57,249 nt of DNA from a virus (lineage: Duplodnaviria > Caudoviricetes): IMG/VR virus record IMGVR_UViG_3300022876_000186, positions 1 through 57,249 of that record; one strand, written 5' to 3'. The position numbers and the translations under genes are program-made. Shown here piece after piece: positions 45,923 to 55,183 of this stretch. Within the stretch, counting starts at the first letter, position 1, and every line of letters begins with the position of its first letter. Under the pieces are notes generated by a model. That model made no database searches. It saw nothing but the letters and a program-made list of their open reading frames with translations, and was not told the origin of the DNA.

Positions 45923-46113
45923 AAAGCCCTCACGTCCTGATCGACGAAGAGCTTGAGGCCATGGCTCACCCTGAGACGCCACTGTCCTGGCAGGCCATGG
46001 TCCTCAAGCTCCTCACCGAAATGCTGGCAGACCAGCGCATCACCATCGAAGAGTTCAACCACTACTGCGGGCGCCTCAACAAGATCGTTGATGGGCGCAA
46101 GGAGGTTGCATGA
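45919..46113 (+). CDS. Hypothetical protein
   Basis: Coupled ORF, GGAGG RBS. Confidence 0.7.
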   Translation: MKSPHVLIDEELEAMAHPETPLSWQAMVLKLLTEMLADQRITIEEFNHYCGRLNKIVDGRKEVA

Positions 46114-46331
46114 CCACGCCCATCGTTCAAACGCTCATTGACGAGCAGGTTGCTGAGCTGCCCGAAGCTCAGGCCATGCCGGCCGACCGGGTGCTGATGC
46201 TGTTCAAGGGGCCGACATTCGCCGCCGCGGTGAATGAGGCAGCGCTGGCCAGCATCGAGAACCCGCAGGCTTGGAAGTGCCGGGCCTGCATCTGCGGCGA
46301 GTGGACGGTCGGCTACGAGGTTCGGGCGTGA
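46110..46331 (+). CDS. Hypothetical protein
   Basis: Coupled ORF, GGAGG RBS. Confidence 0.7.
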   Translation: MTTPIVQTLIDEQVAELPEAQAMPADRVLMLFKGPTFAAAVNEAALASIENPQAWKCRACICGEWTVGYEVRA

Positions 46332-46444
46332 CCTCCTACCAGCGGGCCCGTCGCATCGCGGCTTGGCGCGGCTCCTTCTCCATGCTCTTCGCCTGCACCT
46401 TCTTCATGCTCGCCAGCGCACTGGCCGGCAGCATCACTTCCTGA
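46328..46444 (+). CDS. Small membrane protein (38 aa)
   Basis: Manual ORF, GTGA overlap, basic N-terminus plus TM helix. Confidence 0.55.
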   Translation: MTSYQRARRIAAWRGSFSMLFACTFFMLASALAGSITS

Positions 46445-46618
46445 ATACACACCCGAGCCCGGCGGGCCCTTAGGGGATAACCGGACCTACCCGGAGCGTA
46501 AGCGGCGAGAGCGCGCAACCATCCACCGCAGCCAGGGCCTGGAGCGTACCTCCGTGCCTGGGTGACCTGGCGATTTCCTATTCCAACTGACGGCGCCGGC
46601 CTGGCGCGAGGTTTTCTA

Positions 46619-47350
46619 ATGTCCACTACCAACATGCGCATCTGGGAAAAGGTTCAGACGACCAACACCCAATTCACCAAAGAAGCCAAGGTCGGCGGCC
46701 AGCAGATCACCAGCCTGAACGGCACCGCGATGATCATGAAGGCCACCGAGGTATTCGGCCCGGCCGGCATCGGCTTTGGCTGGAACGTGGTTGAAGAGCG
46801 CTTCGACAGGGGCGCTGAGATGTTCAGTGGCGAAGGTGACAAACGCGTCAGCCTGGGCTTTGAGCTCAACCACACAATCAAGATCACCTTCTGGTTTGTG
46901 CTCGACGGCCAGCGCGGCGAGATCGAGCAGTACGGGTGCACCCAGTACCTCTACAAGTCGAAGTACGGCACTACCACCGACGGCGAGGCGCCTAAGAAGT
47001 CGCTGACCGACGCCATCAAGAAGGCCCTGTCGATGCTTGGCTTCAGCGCCGACGTGTTCCTGGGCATGTTCGACGACGTGAACTACCGGCAGCAGCTGGA
47101 GGCCGAGCAGGCGATCGAGCAGGCCGAAGACCGCCAGGCCGAGATCGAACGCCAACAGCAGGAGCGCCTGGACTTCATCAAGGACACGATCGAGACCATG
47201 CAGAAGGCGGTGACGCCGCATGAACGCAAGAAAATCCACGACCATGCCGTGCGCAAGCTCATCGGCCGCAAGGATGAGAAAGGCGCAGCGCGGATCTCGC
47301 TTGAACTGAAGAATCTCGAGACCGGCAAGCCACAGGAGGCTGCAGCATGA
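46619..47350 (+). CDS. Single-strand annealing protein (Rad52/Sak-like)
   Basis: ATEVFGPAGIGFGW and EAPKKSLTDAIKKALS.LGF..D motifs. Confidence 0.75.
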   Translation: MSTTNMRIWEKVQTTNTQFTKEAKVGGQQITSLNGTAMIMKATEVFGPAGIGFGWNVVEERFDRGAEMFSGEGDKRVSLGFELNHTIKITFWFVLDGQRGEIEQYGCTQYLYKSKYGTTTDGEAPKKSLTDAIKKALSMLGFSADVFLGMFDDVNYRQQLEAEQAIEQAEDRQAEIERQQQERLDFIKDTIETMQKAVTPHERKKIHDHAVRKLIGRKDEKGAARISLELKNLETGKPQEAAA

Positions 47351-47910
47351 CCCAGCTCTACGCACTCACCGGCCAGATGGCCGAACTGGCCGCCATGTGC
47401 GACACCGACGACGAAGGCCTGAAGCAGGCCATTCAGGACACCATGGCCGGCATTCAGGGCGAGTTTGAGGTGAAGGCCGACAACATCGTCATGCTGCGTC
47501 GGAACATTGAGGGCGATATCGGCGCCATCGACGCCGAAATCGACCGCCTGAGCGAGCTAAAGCGCATCAAGGCCAACAGCGTGACCGCGATCACCGACTA
47601 CCTGCGGCGTAACATGGACGCAGCCAACATCAAGTCGATCAAGCGCCCGCTGTTCACCATCAGCCTCGTTGCCGGTAAGGAAAAGGTGATCGTCGACAAC
47701 GAACAGGCGGTGCCGGACGACCTGACATCAGTGCAGACCAAGATCGCGCCGGACAAGAACGCCATCGCCGCAAAGCTCAAGGCCGATCGCGAGCACAACG
47801 AAGCCGTCCGCAAGCGCATGGCCGCCGGCGAAGACTGCGAACACGAACTGATACCTGAGCCAGCCTGGGCGCATTTGGAGCGCGGCGAGAGCTCAATCCG
47901 CATCAAGTGA
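47347..47910 (+). CDS. Siphovirus Gp157-like protein
   Basis: LYALT...DT..I..EFE.KA, PDKNAI, terminal IRIK. Confidence 0.85.
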   Translation: MTQLYALTGQMAELAAMCDTDDEGLKQAIQDTMAGIQGEFEVKADNIVMLRRNIEGDIGAIDAEIDRLSELKRIKANSVTAITDYLRRNMDAANIKSIKRPLFTISLVAGKEKVIVDNEQAVPDDLTSVQTKIAPDKNAIAAKLKADREHNEAVRKRMAAGEDCEHELIPEPAWAHLERGESSIRIK

Positions 47911-47917
47911 GGTCAGC

Positions 47918-48460
47918 ATGAACCCATCAATCGACTTGGAGGCCGCCAAAGCGGCCTTCTTCGCGTCTGGCGGCCAGCTGGTCGTGCTGGAGGGGTTTAC
48001 CTACCGGCCGCTGCCTCCGCGCAAAGGCCCTGAAACGCAGCCAGTGCCGACCGCAAAGGTAGTTGCCAAGAAAGCCCCGCAATCGCCCCGCAAGGAAAAA
48101 ATGAAAGCCCGCGCCGACCAGGTCGCCGAGATGGCCAAGACCATGACGTGCCAGCAGGTTCATGAGGCCACAGGCATTTCCAAGCAAGCTCTATTCCGGG
48201 CCTCGCGGGAAGGCAACTTCGTGTTTCGCCGCGCCGAGCGGAAGAAGTCGGCGAACAGCAAGCGGGATGCCCAGCGCCAGATCCAGCGGAACCTGAAGCG
48301 GATCAAGGAGCTGAAGGTGGTCCAGAAAATATGCGCCCTGCGCGATACCGGCCTGCACCGTGCCCAGGTGGCCGAGCAGCTCGACCTGAATTACGGAACG
48401 CTGGTGAAGATCATCGAGCGCAACAGCATCGACTTCCCGCGGGTACGCATCAGGAAATGA
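47918..48460 (+). CDS. Hypothetical DNA-binding protein
   Basis: AFFASGG N-motif and two HTH-like segments. Confidence 0.7.
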   Translation: MNPSIDLEAAKAAFFASGGQLVVLEGFTYRPLPPRKGPETQPVPTAKVVAKKAPQSPRKEKMKARADQVAEMAKTMTCQQVHEATGISKQALFRASREGNFVFRRAERKKSANSKRDAQRQIQRNLKRIKELKVVQKICALRDTGLHRAQVAEQLDLNYGTLVKIIERNSIDFPRVRIRK

Positions 48461-48541
48461 GAAAGCTCAACAACCTAGTCCGCCAGCGTAGGCGGCAAGA
48501 CCAGTTCCACCTGCCGCCCAGCGGCCTACAGGAGCATCGAA

Positions 48542-48907
48542 ATGCAGAAAGCACCCTCTGGAGTGGTAACCCTGCCGGCCTGGATGAATCGGCCGGTCAA
48601 GAAGCTGTACAACACCCGCAGCGGCGGCCAGTACCGGCCGGATGACGTGGCCCTGGCCTTCGCGCTGAGCCTGCGGGAGCACGACAGCGCCGATCACCTG
48701 CGCAGGCTGGCCCGGCGTCTGGTAGACAAGGTTTGCCTCGAGCACCAGCCAAACATGAAGCGCCTGGCCCGCGAGCCGGACGACGCAAAGGTGTTCGACG
48801 CCGCGCTCAAGATCATCAACCGGGTGTGCGACCTGCTCGACATCGGGCCGGGCGCCACCTTCGTGCGCAATGGAGACAATGATGGCTCTGACGCAGCAGC
48901 AGCGTGA
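48542..48907 (+). CDS. Hypothetical protein
   Basis: AGGAG RBS; in-operon ORF. Confidence 0.7.
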   Translation: MQKAPSGVVTLPAWMNRPVKKLYNTRSGGQYRPDDVALAFALSLREHDSADHLRRLARRLVDKVCLEHQPNMKRLAREPDDAKVFDAALKIINRVCDLLDIGPGATFVRNGDNDGSDAAAA

Positions 48908-49244
48908 CGAGAAGCGCAGGGCCAAGGCCGAGCGCCTGCAGGAAGAAGACCTGCGCATGAAAGCCCGCCCGGGCACCCGCCAGGCCCTGGCCGAAATCAT
49001 GGAATGGGCCCAGGTCGAGGAAAACGGCGAGGCCATGACCCTGCTGATCCACCGCATCCATGAATTAGGGCCTGAAGCGGCCCGCCACTTCCTCAGTGCG
49101 CCGCGCCACGAAATCGTGATTTCCAAATATGTGGAGCAGAGCTTGGAGCGGTTCCGCATCAGCCGGGAGCTGCGCACGCCGGACCTGATGCTCGGTGAAG
49201 ACCCCGACGATACCGGCGTTCTGCTTCTCGCGAAATCTGCCTGA
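48882..49244 (+). CDS. Hypothetical protein
   Basis: GGAG RBS; MALTQQQRDEKRR. Confidence 0.7.
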   Translation: MALTQQQRDEKRRAKAERLQEEDLRMKARPGTRQALAEIMEWAQVEENGEAMTLLIHRIHELGPEAARHFLSAPRHEIVISKYVEQSLERFRISRELRTPDLMLGEDPDDTGVLLLAKSA

Positions 49245-49304
49245 CCCGCGCTGCCCGCCAGCGCCTTCCCCTATTCAACGACTACAGACCAAACACGACC
49301 ACGA

Positions 49305-49478
49305 CTACCTATCTGACTGGAGGCGCTCCAGATCGATTTCGAGAGAAGCAACGCGACGCTGGAGTTCTTTCACCTCCTCCCTTAAGTCGTAGCATTCTCG
49401 AATGGTGCGGTTGTGTGACTTGTCATTCTGAAAAACCCAATAAATAAAGACCGGAACGGCCGCTAGCAACCAATACAT
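49305..49478 (-). CDS. Antisense moron: TM anchor plus coiled coil (57 aa)
   Basis: AGGAGG RBS; flanked by a 17-bp direct repeat. Confidence 0.7.
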   Translation of the reverse strand: MYWLLAAVPVFIYWVFQNDKSHNRTIRECYDLREEVKELQRRVASLEIDLERLQSDR

Positions 49479-49582
49479 AACGCCTCCTTTTTTGAGCCGC
49501 ACTATAGCTCACGCAGCCCAGTGGCTTCCCCTATTCAACGATAACGCCTCCCCGGCGAGGGCGGCGGTTGCAAGGAGCCCCC

Positions 49583-50344
49583 ATGGCCAAGTTCTACTAT
49601 CAGATCAAGGGACGCCGCCCCGCGACAAGCGCATATGGCGATGCTGAATGGGCCTGGCCACCAGTATTTAGCGGAATGGTTGAGGCGCCCGACCGCAAGG
49701 CGGCGAAGGCCGTTGTCGAGGAGCAATACGAGCGCCAGTTTCCATCGCGCGTGCTTCGCAAGGACATGGATGCGCACGAGTATCTACTGCACATCCAGCC
49801 GATCGACGAACACGACACCTACCTGCTCGGTCGCTTCGACAACAGGCCATGCAAGGAGTGCGGCACCGTCTTTAAATTGATCGACAAATACAACGACCCG
49901 CACACCGAAACGAAAAGCCACGACTACTGCACTGAGGCGTGCCAGGCGGCGGCCAAGTTTCGTGACCTTTCAGAGTTCCGCCTGGCCAGCGAGGGTCGTT
50001 CGCCGCCGGTGATCTACCAGGTGCGCCAGAAGTCCAGCGGCCGTGTTTACGTCGGCCAGACCACGCAGCCATTCACCCTGCGGTGGTGGCAGCACTTGAG
50101 CAACCCAACCAGCTGCAAGTTCCACGCAGCGCTCGGCGGCTCCGACATCACCGACTGGGAGTTCTCCGTGCTCGAGGTGATCGCCTACCCAGAGGATTGC
50201 ACCAATCGAGCGGCCTACATCACCCAGCGAGAAAGTTACTGGATCGAAAACCTGGCGGCGGTTGAGACAGGGTTCAACACCGTTCGCCCTGCCGGCTCCG
50301 CCGATCAGGCCCAGGTGCCGCTGCCTCTCGCCGATCCGGCCTGA
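49583..50344 (+). CDS. Zinc-finger plus GIY-YIG nuclease
   Basis: CKEC...CTEAC; VIY....RVYVGQT...RW.QH...E...FN. Confidence 0.85.
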   Translation: MAKFYYQIKGRRPATSAYGDAEWAWPPVFSGMVEAPDRKAAKAVVEEQYERQFPSRVLRKDMDAHEYLLHIQPIDEHDTYLLGRFDNRPCKECGTVFKLIDKYNDPHTETKSHDYCTEACQAAAKFRDLSEFRLASEGRSPPVIYQVRQKSSGRVYVGQTTQPFTLRWWQHLSNPTSCKFHAALGGSDITDWEFSVLEVIAYPEDCTNRAAYITQRESYWIENLAAVETGFNTVRPAGSADQAQVPLPLADPA

Positions 50345-50391
50345 CCCTCCTGCGCTGCCCGCCAGCTCCGAAGGTCAGTTCAGCTCCTCAA

Positions 50392-50661
50392 TTACTTCCG
50401 CTCGTACTTGAACTTGCCAAACTCGATTTTGGTACCGGACTGAGTGAGGCGGTAAATTCCATACCCCACAGTCGCGGCCGCAGCGACAGAAGCTGTGATC
50501 TTCGGGTTTGCAATAGCTACTCCAATCACGGCAGAGCCAGCTGCTGCAATTGCTTCTTTGTTCTGAATAGCCAGAGTTATCAGGGTGGCGGTACCGGCGC
50601 CTGCCGCTACAACGTCGGCGTCGATTGTTCGGCCTGACTTGTGATCTATGGTATCCGTCAT
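50392..50661 (-). CDS. Antisense moron: Ala/Gly-rich hydrophobic protein
   Basis: AAGGAG RBS, lower GC, long hydrophobic helices. Confidence 0.7.
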   Translation of the reverse strand: MTDTIDHKSGRTIDADVVAAGAGTATLITLAIQNKEAIAAAGSAVIGVAIANPKITASVAAAATVGYGIYRLTQSGTKIEFGKFKYERK

Positions 50662-50792
50662 CTGCTTTTCTCCTTGGCATTAGATTGCCATCACATAAAA
50701 CACTAGTCCGTAGCTGCTGACTAGCGGCCCCACTCTGTTTTTTTAAATACGCCTCCCCGGCGAGGGCGGCGCCTGCACGCGAGGACCACAAC

Positions 50793-51716
50793 ATGACCAC
50801 AGCAATCGACCTGTTCGCCGGCCTCGGCGGATGGAGCACCGGCGCGCGCGCCGCAGGGGTCCAGGTTCTCTGGGCGGCAAACCACTGGCCGGTGGCCGTT
50901 GAATGGCACAGCGCCAACCACCCCGACACGCAGCACGTCTGCCAAGACTTGCACCAGGCACGATGGGAGCGAGTTCCCGCACACGACATCCTGCTCGCTT
51001 CCCCCTGCTGCCAAGGACACGCCAAGGCCCGCGGCAAGAAGTCGGGCAACCCTGAGCATGACGCTTCGCGCTCCACGGCCTGGGCGCCGGTATCGGCCCT
51101 TGAGTTTCACCGGCCGCAGGCCGCAGTGATTGAGAACGTGCCGGAGTTCACTGGCTGGGTGCTCTACCCGGCCTGGCTGCAGGCGGTTCGGGCGCTGGGA
51201 TATCAGGCAGCGCCGCACATCGTGGACTGCGCCGACCTGGGCGTGCCGCAGCACAGGGTGCGCCTGTTCATGGTTCTGACCCGCAGCAAGGCGCCGCTGA
51301 TGCTGCAGCTGCCGCCAGAGCGGCACGTGCCCGCAGCCAGTTTCCTCGACTTTGCCGCCGGGCGCTGGTCGCAGATCCAGAAGCCAGGCCGGGCCCAAGC
51401 CACGCTCGACAGGGTGCGCAATGGCCGCCAGCGTTTCGGCGACCGCTTCATCATGCCCTACTACGGTAAAGGCTCCGGCACCACCGGCCGAGACATCAAC
51501 CGGCCGATAGGCACCATTACCACTCTGGACCGCTGGGCCTTAGTCGACGGTGATCGCATGCGGATGCTCAGCGCCAGCGAGGCCTTGGCAGCGATGTCGT
51601 TCCCGGCTGACACCCAGCGCCCGAACAGCCACCGGCTGACCATGCACATGGCCGGCAATGCAGTACCGCCGCTAGCAGGCCAGCGAGTGATAGAGGCGCT
51701 CATGGCAGCGGCCTGA
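50793..51716 (+). CDS. DNA (cytosine-5) methyltransferase
   Basis: DLFAGLGG, SPCCQ, ENV, QxRxR and GNAV motifs. Confidence 0.93.
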   Translation: MTTAIDLFAGLGGWSTGARAAGVQVLWAANHWPVAVEWHSANHPDTQHVCQDLHQARWERVPAHDILLASPCCQGHAKARGKKSGNPEHDASRSTAWAPVSALEFHRPQAAVIENVPEFTGWVLYPAWLQAVRALGYQAAPHIVDCADLGVPQHRVRLFMVLTRSKAPLMLQLPPERHVPAASFLDFAAGRWSQIQKPGRAQATLDRVRNGRQRFGDRFIMPYYGKGSGTTGRDINRPIGTITTLDRWALVDGDRMRMLSASEALAAMSFPADTQRPNSHRLTMHMAGNAVPPLAGQRVIEALMAAA

Positions 51717-51795
51717 AGTTATCGAACAGCCGAACGACTTCGTTCGCGAGCTTGGCGACGATGAGAAAAATTTTGAGGATCTGGAGGAAGTGCAT
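51700..51795 (-). CDS. Possible 31-aa hydrophobic peptide
   Basis: Manual ORF MHFLQILKIFLIVAKLANEVVRLFDNFRPLP; RBS inside hairpin 51800-51824. Confidence 0.35.
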   Translation of the reverse strand: MHFLQILKIFLIVAKLANEVVRLFDNFRPLP

Positions 51796-51879
51796 GGCTG
51801 CTCACCGAGGTGGATATGGTGAGCGCATAGTACCGATACCCCATCCTCTTCCATTTTGCAAGCGGAAGGAGCTATCCCC

Positions 51880-52422
51880 ATGTCCACAGAAAACCGATCC
51901 AGCAACACAGATATGGTCAGCGAACTACTGCCGTGCCCCTTTTGTGGCCAGCAGGACTTCCTCATCGAGCGCCTAGACAGCGATGCCTCAGTGGTGATCT
52001 GCCAAGGCCTGACCGGACCGCATGAAGCCTGTCTGGCCCGTGGGCCAGTGGGCTTGGCGCAGAATGAAGGCGAGGAGCAGCCAGGCCGCGACAAGGCGGT
52101 AGAGCTGTGGAATGCGAGAGCCGAGCAGCACCAGGGCGCGCCGGCTGTATCGATCCCCGAGGGTTACTGCCTCATGCCTAGGCGACTCACTGCCGAGAAC
52201 GGAGCCAAAGCCCTGCTGCTTGGCGAGTTCAAGCTGGAGGTCACGCGCGAGTGCCCCGAATGCCTGGAACTGGACGAGCCATTAGAGGGCTGCGAGATCT
52301 GCGACGGTGAGGGCGAATACGCGCAGCGCTACACCATCCCGTGGGAACAGATCAAATTCATCTACAGCGAGGCCGTGAAGGGTCTTGCTTTCCAGCCGAA
52401 CGTCACCTGCAAGCCATCATGA
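51880..52422 (+). CDS. Lar-like restriction alleviation domain protein
   Basis: LLPCPFCG...C....C...AVELWNAR; extra C-terminal CxxC pair. Confidence 0.75.
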   Translation: MSTENRSSNTDMVSELLPCPFCGQQDFLIERLDSDASVVICQGLTGPHEACLARGPVGLAQNEGEEQPGRDKAVELWNARAEQHQGAPAVSIPEGYCLMPRRLTAENGAKALLLGEFKLEVTRECPECLELDEPLEGCEICDGEGEYAQRYTIPWEQIKFIYSEAVKGLAFQPNVTCKPS

Positions 52423-52469
52423 CATTCGGAGTACATAAGTACTCCACCCGGCTGTAACCCCTCTCCCCT

Positions 52470-52769
52470 CTACTTTGAGCCGGCGAGACGATTGGCAGTT
52501 GGAGCACCGTCAATAGCAATCCGGCGGGCCCGGCCGACGCCCCATGCCAGCGCTCTAGTCATCGACTCACCCGGGCGCGACTCGAAAGCCTCCTCATGAA
52601 GCGCAGAGCCGCTCGGGGCGTATACACCGATGAACATCTGCGTGTTACCCGTTCGCGACAGTCGCACCTGGACATCTATGAACGTTCCATCGTCGAGTGT
52701 TTCGTCATGAGTCCTATGGTGAAGCGTCGGGTCAGCCCAAGACCAAAAAACATCACCGCGAATTCTCAT
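52470..52769 (-). CDS. Antisense moron, hypothetical protein
   Basis: AGGAGG RBS; flanked by TAACCCCTC-type repeats. Confidence 0.7.
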   Translation of the reverse strand: MRIRGDVFWSWADPTLHHRTHDETLDDGTFIDVQVRLSRTGNTQMFIGVYAPSGSALHEEAFESRPGESMTRALAWGVGRARRIAIDGAPTANRLAGSK

Positions 52770-52941
52770 GCCGTCCTCCTTCGACTTCAGTTGTATGCAT
52801 CAACCCACCATAGCCAAACCGAAGCGGTTCGCAACCGCACCTGCCTGTTTCGTGATCTGAATCAGACTATTGGCCATCACCAATGCTCCTAACCCCTCCC
52901 CCTTCTATTCACTGCCGCGATATGGCGGCCAAGGAAGTCGT

Positions 52942-53436
52942 ATGCTCGAAGCAAACATCAACCAGCACCTGAGCACCCTCACCGCAAGCCAGCTGGCCAA
53001 GCTGCTTGTCATGCGCAAGGGCCTCCAGTTCGGCTACGGCTACACGTTCACCGACGATGATGGGCAGTCTACCGACGTCGATCTGGCCTTCCTGGCTGCG
53101 GCACCTGGCGAGCTGCTCGAGGTTCTTTTCGAAGAAAACGAGCATGACGACGCCATCAACGAAGTGCGATACGAAGCTGAACAGGTCAGCGGCATCCGCG
53201 AGTGGTGCCACTACAGCTGGGGAAGGAACTACGACATCGACGTGAAAGCATTCATCCTGCCTGACGGCCGCGCCCTGGCTTTCTGCGAGATGAGCGGCGG
53301 CGGAAAGCACGGCGAGCCGAATGCCTACCCGTGGGTGAATGAGGCCAAGTTCATCAAGGTCGCCGGCGTCGAGGAACGGGTCATCAAGATGTACCGGTTT
53401 GAGGAAATCAAAGACGGCGCTGAGGTGGAGCCATGA
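52942..53436 (+). CDS. Acidic hypothetical protein
   Basis: AAGGA RBS; GGGKHGEP motif. Confidence 0.75.
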   Translation: MLEANINQHLSTLTASQLAKLLVMRKGLQFGYGYTFTDDDGQSTDVDLAFLAAAPGELLEVLFEENEHDDAINEVRYEAEQVSGIREWCHYSWGRNYDIDVKAFILPDGRALAFCEMSGGGKHGEPNAYPWVNEAKFIKVAGVEERVIKMYRFEEIKDGAEVEP

Positions 53437-53684
53437 CCCGCCTCGCCCTCTGCCTCCTTCTGCTGGCCACCGGCGCCAGCGCAACCGAGAACGTGATCGA
53501 CGTGCAGCACGACAGCCAGCGCGGCGTCACCTGCTACCTGCTCAACGGGGTCGGCATCAGCTGCATCCCCGACAGCCAGATGCAGGCCGGTAACCAGCGC
53601 CAGCTCTCCCCGCACGAAACACAACCCGAACCTACACCCGCTCTGGCGCCTGGGCGCTGGATTGATGAGAGGTATCAGCTGTGA
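53433..53684 (+). CDS. Small secreted protein
   Basis: Signal peptide; HD..RGVTCY....GISCIP. Confidence 0.7.
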   Translation: MTRLALCLLLLATGASATENVIDVQHDSQRGVTCYLLNGVGISCIPDSQMQAGNQRQLSPHETQPEPTPALAPGRWIDERYQL

Positions 53685-54025
53685 GCACAGAAGCAATTTC
53701 GCGAGACCAGGCGCGCGAGCTCTTCGCAAAGTCAGGCCTCACCTACAGCGTGCTGTCGCCGGAAAACATGCGGAGCCTGCGCGCCAAGATCAACGAGCAA
53801 ATGGTTGCTAGCGGCGTGATGCACGGTGCCCTTCGCTGCCGCCAGCGCGCGATCGTACGCGACGGCTACGCCGTGATCCGCTGCAAGGCCAGCTACTTCG
53901 AAAATCGCGAAGCCATCACATTCAACCCTGACGGCTTCATCGGGTTCGCTGGCTGGGCTTCAGACGGGAATGTGCAGCCAGTCCTGCAGGGATTCGCGGC
54001 CTGGGTGAAGGAGATGGCGCCATGA
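53681..54025 (+). CDS. Hypothetical protein
   Basis: REAITFN.DGFIGFAGWA; coupled ORF. Confidence 0.75.
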   Translation: MSTEAISRDQARELFAKSGLTYSVLSPENMRSLRAKINEQMVASGVMHGALRCRQRAIVRDGYAVIRCKASYFENREAITFNPDGFIGFAGWASDGNVQPVLQGFAAWVKEMAP

Positions 54026-54453
54026 CCGACCTGATCGAAGTGAAGACGGCAGACCTAGCCGGTGAGGCGCTGGGATGGGCAGTCGGCAAGGCGGAAGGGC
54101 TGGACGTGTACCTGGAGCCTCCCGGGTACAACGGCGTGCCCTGGCGGGTGTTCGCCCGGTACCGGGGCCAGGCCATCGAGCACACCAAACGCTACAACCC
54201 GTGGGAAGACTGGGCGCTGGGCGGGCCGCTGATTGACAAGCACCACGTTCAAACCAGCTTCAATGGAAGCGGCTTCACTCGCAGCCCTACCGGCGAATAC
54301 TGGTGCGCCTATGTGTGCAAACCAACCGGACAGCAGGAGCTCCCAAGTGGCGGCGGCCCTAATGCGATGACCGCAACGTGCCGGGCCATTGCACAGGCCA
54401 AGCTCGGCGATACCGTTCAGGTGCCCAAGGAGCTGATCCCATGCCCAGCATGA
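54022..54453 (+). CDS. NinX/DUF2591-like protein
   Basis: L.GEALGWAV.KAEG, YNPWEDWALGGPLI, A.CRAI...LGD.V.VP. Confidence 0.8.
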   Translation: MTDLIEVKTADLAGEALGWAVGKAEGLDVYLEPPGYNGVPWRVFARYRGQAIEHTKRYNPWEDWALGGPLIDKHHVQTSFNGSGFTRSPTGEYWCAYVCKPTGQQELPSGGGPNAMTATCRAIAQAKLGDTVQVPKELIPCPA

Positions 54454-54773
54454 TCAAGGTTTCAACGTGCGACCTTGCCGGTTCAGCACTGCTCTGGGCT
54501 GTCGAACTGGTGGACGGCCCGATGCCGCCGGCGGCCGGCCAGCTGCAACTGCCACTCGGTGGTCAGGCCATCGACGACGCAACCGGCGAGCACCTGATCC
54601 AGAAGCACTGCATCTGGATTGAGCGCGGGTACAGCTGGCCCTGGCTGGCCTGCGTGTCGGGTCACCCTCTCGACCGCCAGCCCGGCGATACCCGGGCAGA
54701 AGCTGCAGCCCGGGCCGTCGTGCACCACGCCCGTGGCGAAACCATCAACGTGCCGATGGAGCTATGCCGATGA
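54450..54773 (+). CDS. Second NinX/DUF2591-like paralogue
   Basis: Same N- and C-terminal motifs as the upstream gene. Confidence 0.7.
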   Translation: MIKVSTCDLAGSALLWAVELVDGPMPPAAGQLQLPLGGQAIDDATGEHLIQKHCIWIERGYSWPWLACVSGHPLDRQPGDTRAEAAARAVVHHARGETINVPMELCR

Positions 54774-54819
54774 TTCTTCCCCTGATGTACATGGCCTACC
54801 TGAGCTACAGGGGGCCGCG

Positions 54820-55131
54820 ATGACCGCCGAAGTATTCCAATTCCCGGTCAAGCGCCGGCTCCAAAACAACCAGGTAGCTGCCAACCAGGCCGAACGCAAG
54901 AAGCTGGCTGACTGGTTTCGAGCCATTGCCCAGCACATTGAGGGCAACGAGATCGAGCGCGAGCCTTTGGCAGCCATGATCGTGCTCAGCAGCGCTGCCG
55001 GCGATGAGGTGCTGCACATTGGCTATGCGGCTGAGGCAGTCGACATCAGGCAGGCCGGTAGCGCTGCATCCCGCTGGACTGGGCTCTCCTACCAGCGTCG
55101 CGGCGGCAATTTCTTCGACCGCATCAAGTAA
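54820..55131 (+). CDS. Hypothetical protein
   Basis: MTAEVFQFPVK start, AGGGGG RBS. Confidence 0.65.
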   Translation: MTAEVFQFPVKRRLQNNQVAANQAERKKLADWFRAIAQHIEGNEIEREPLAAMIVLSSAAGDEVLHIGYAAEAVDIRQAGSAASRWTGLSYQRRGGNFFDRIK

Positions 55132-55183
55132 CCCCTCCCCCCTACTACTCAAGCCCGCCGACATGCGCGGGCGAGGATGAACT

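Noticed and set aside
54770-54823. 17-codon ORF MILPLMYMAYLSYRGPR linking two genes by ATGA overlaps
   Set aside because: May serve translational coupling, but too short to support as a functional gene from sequence alone.
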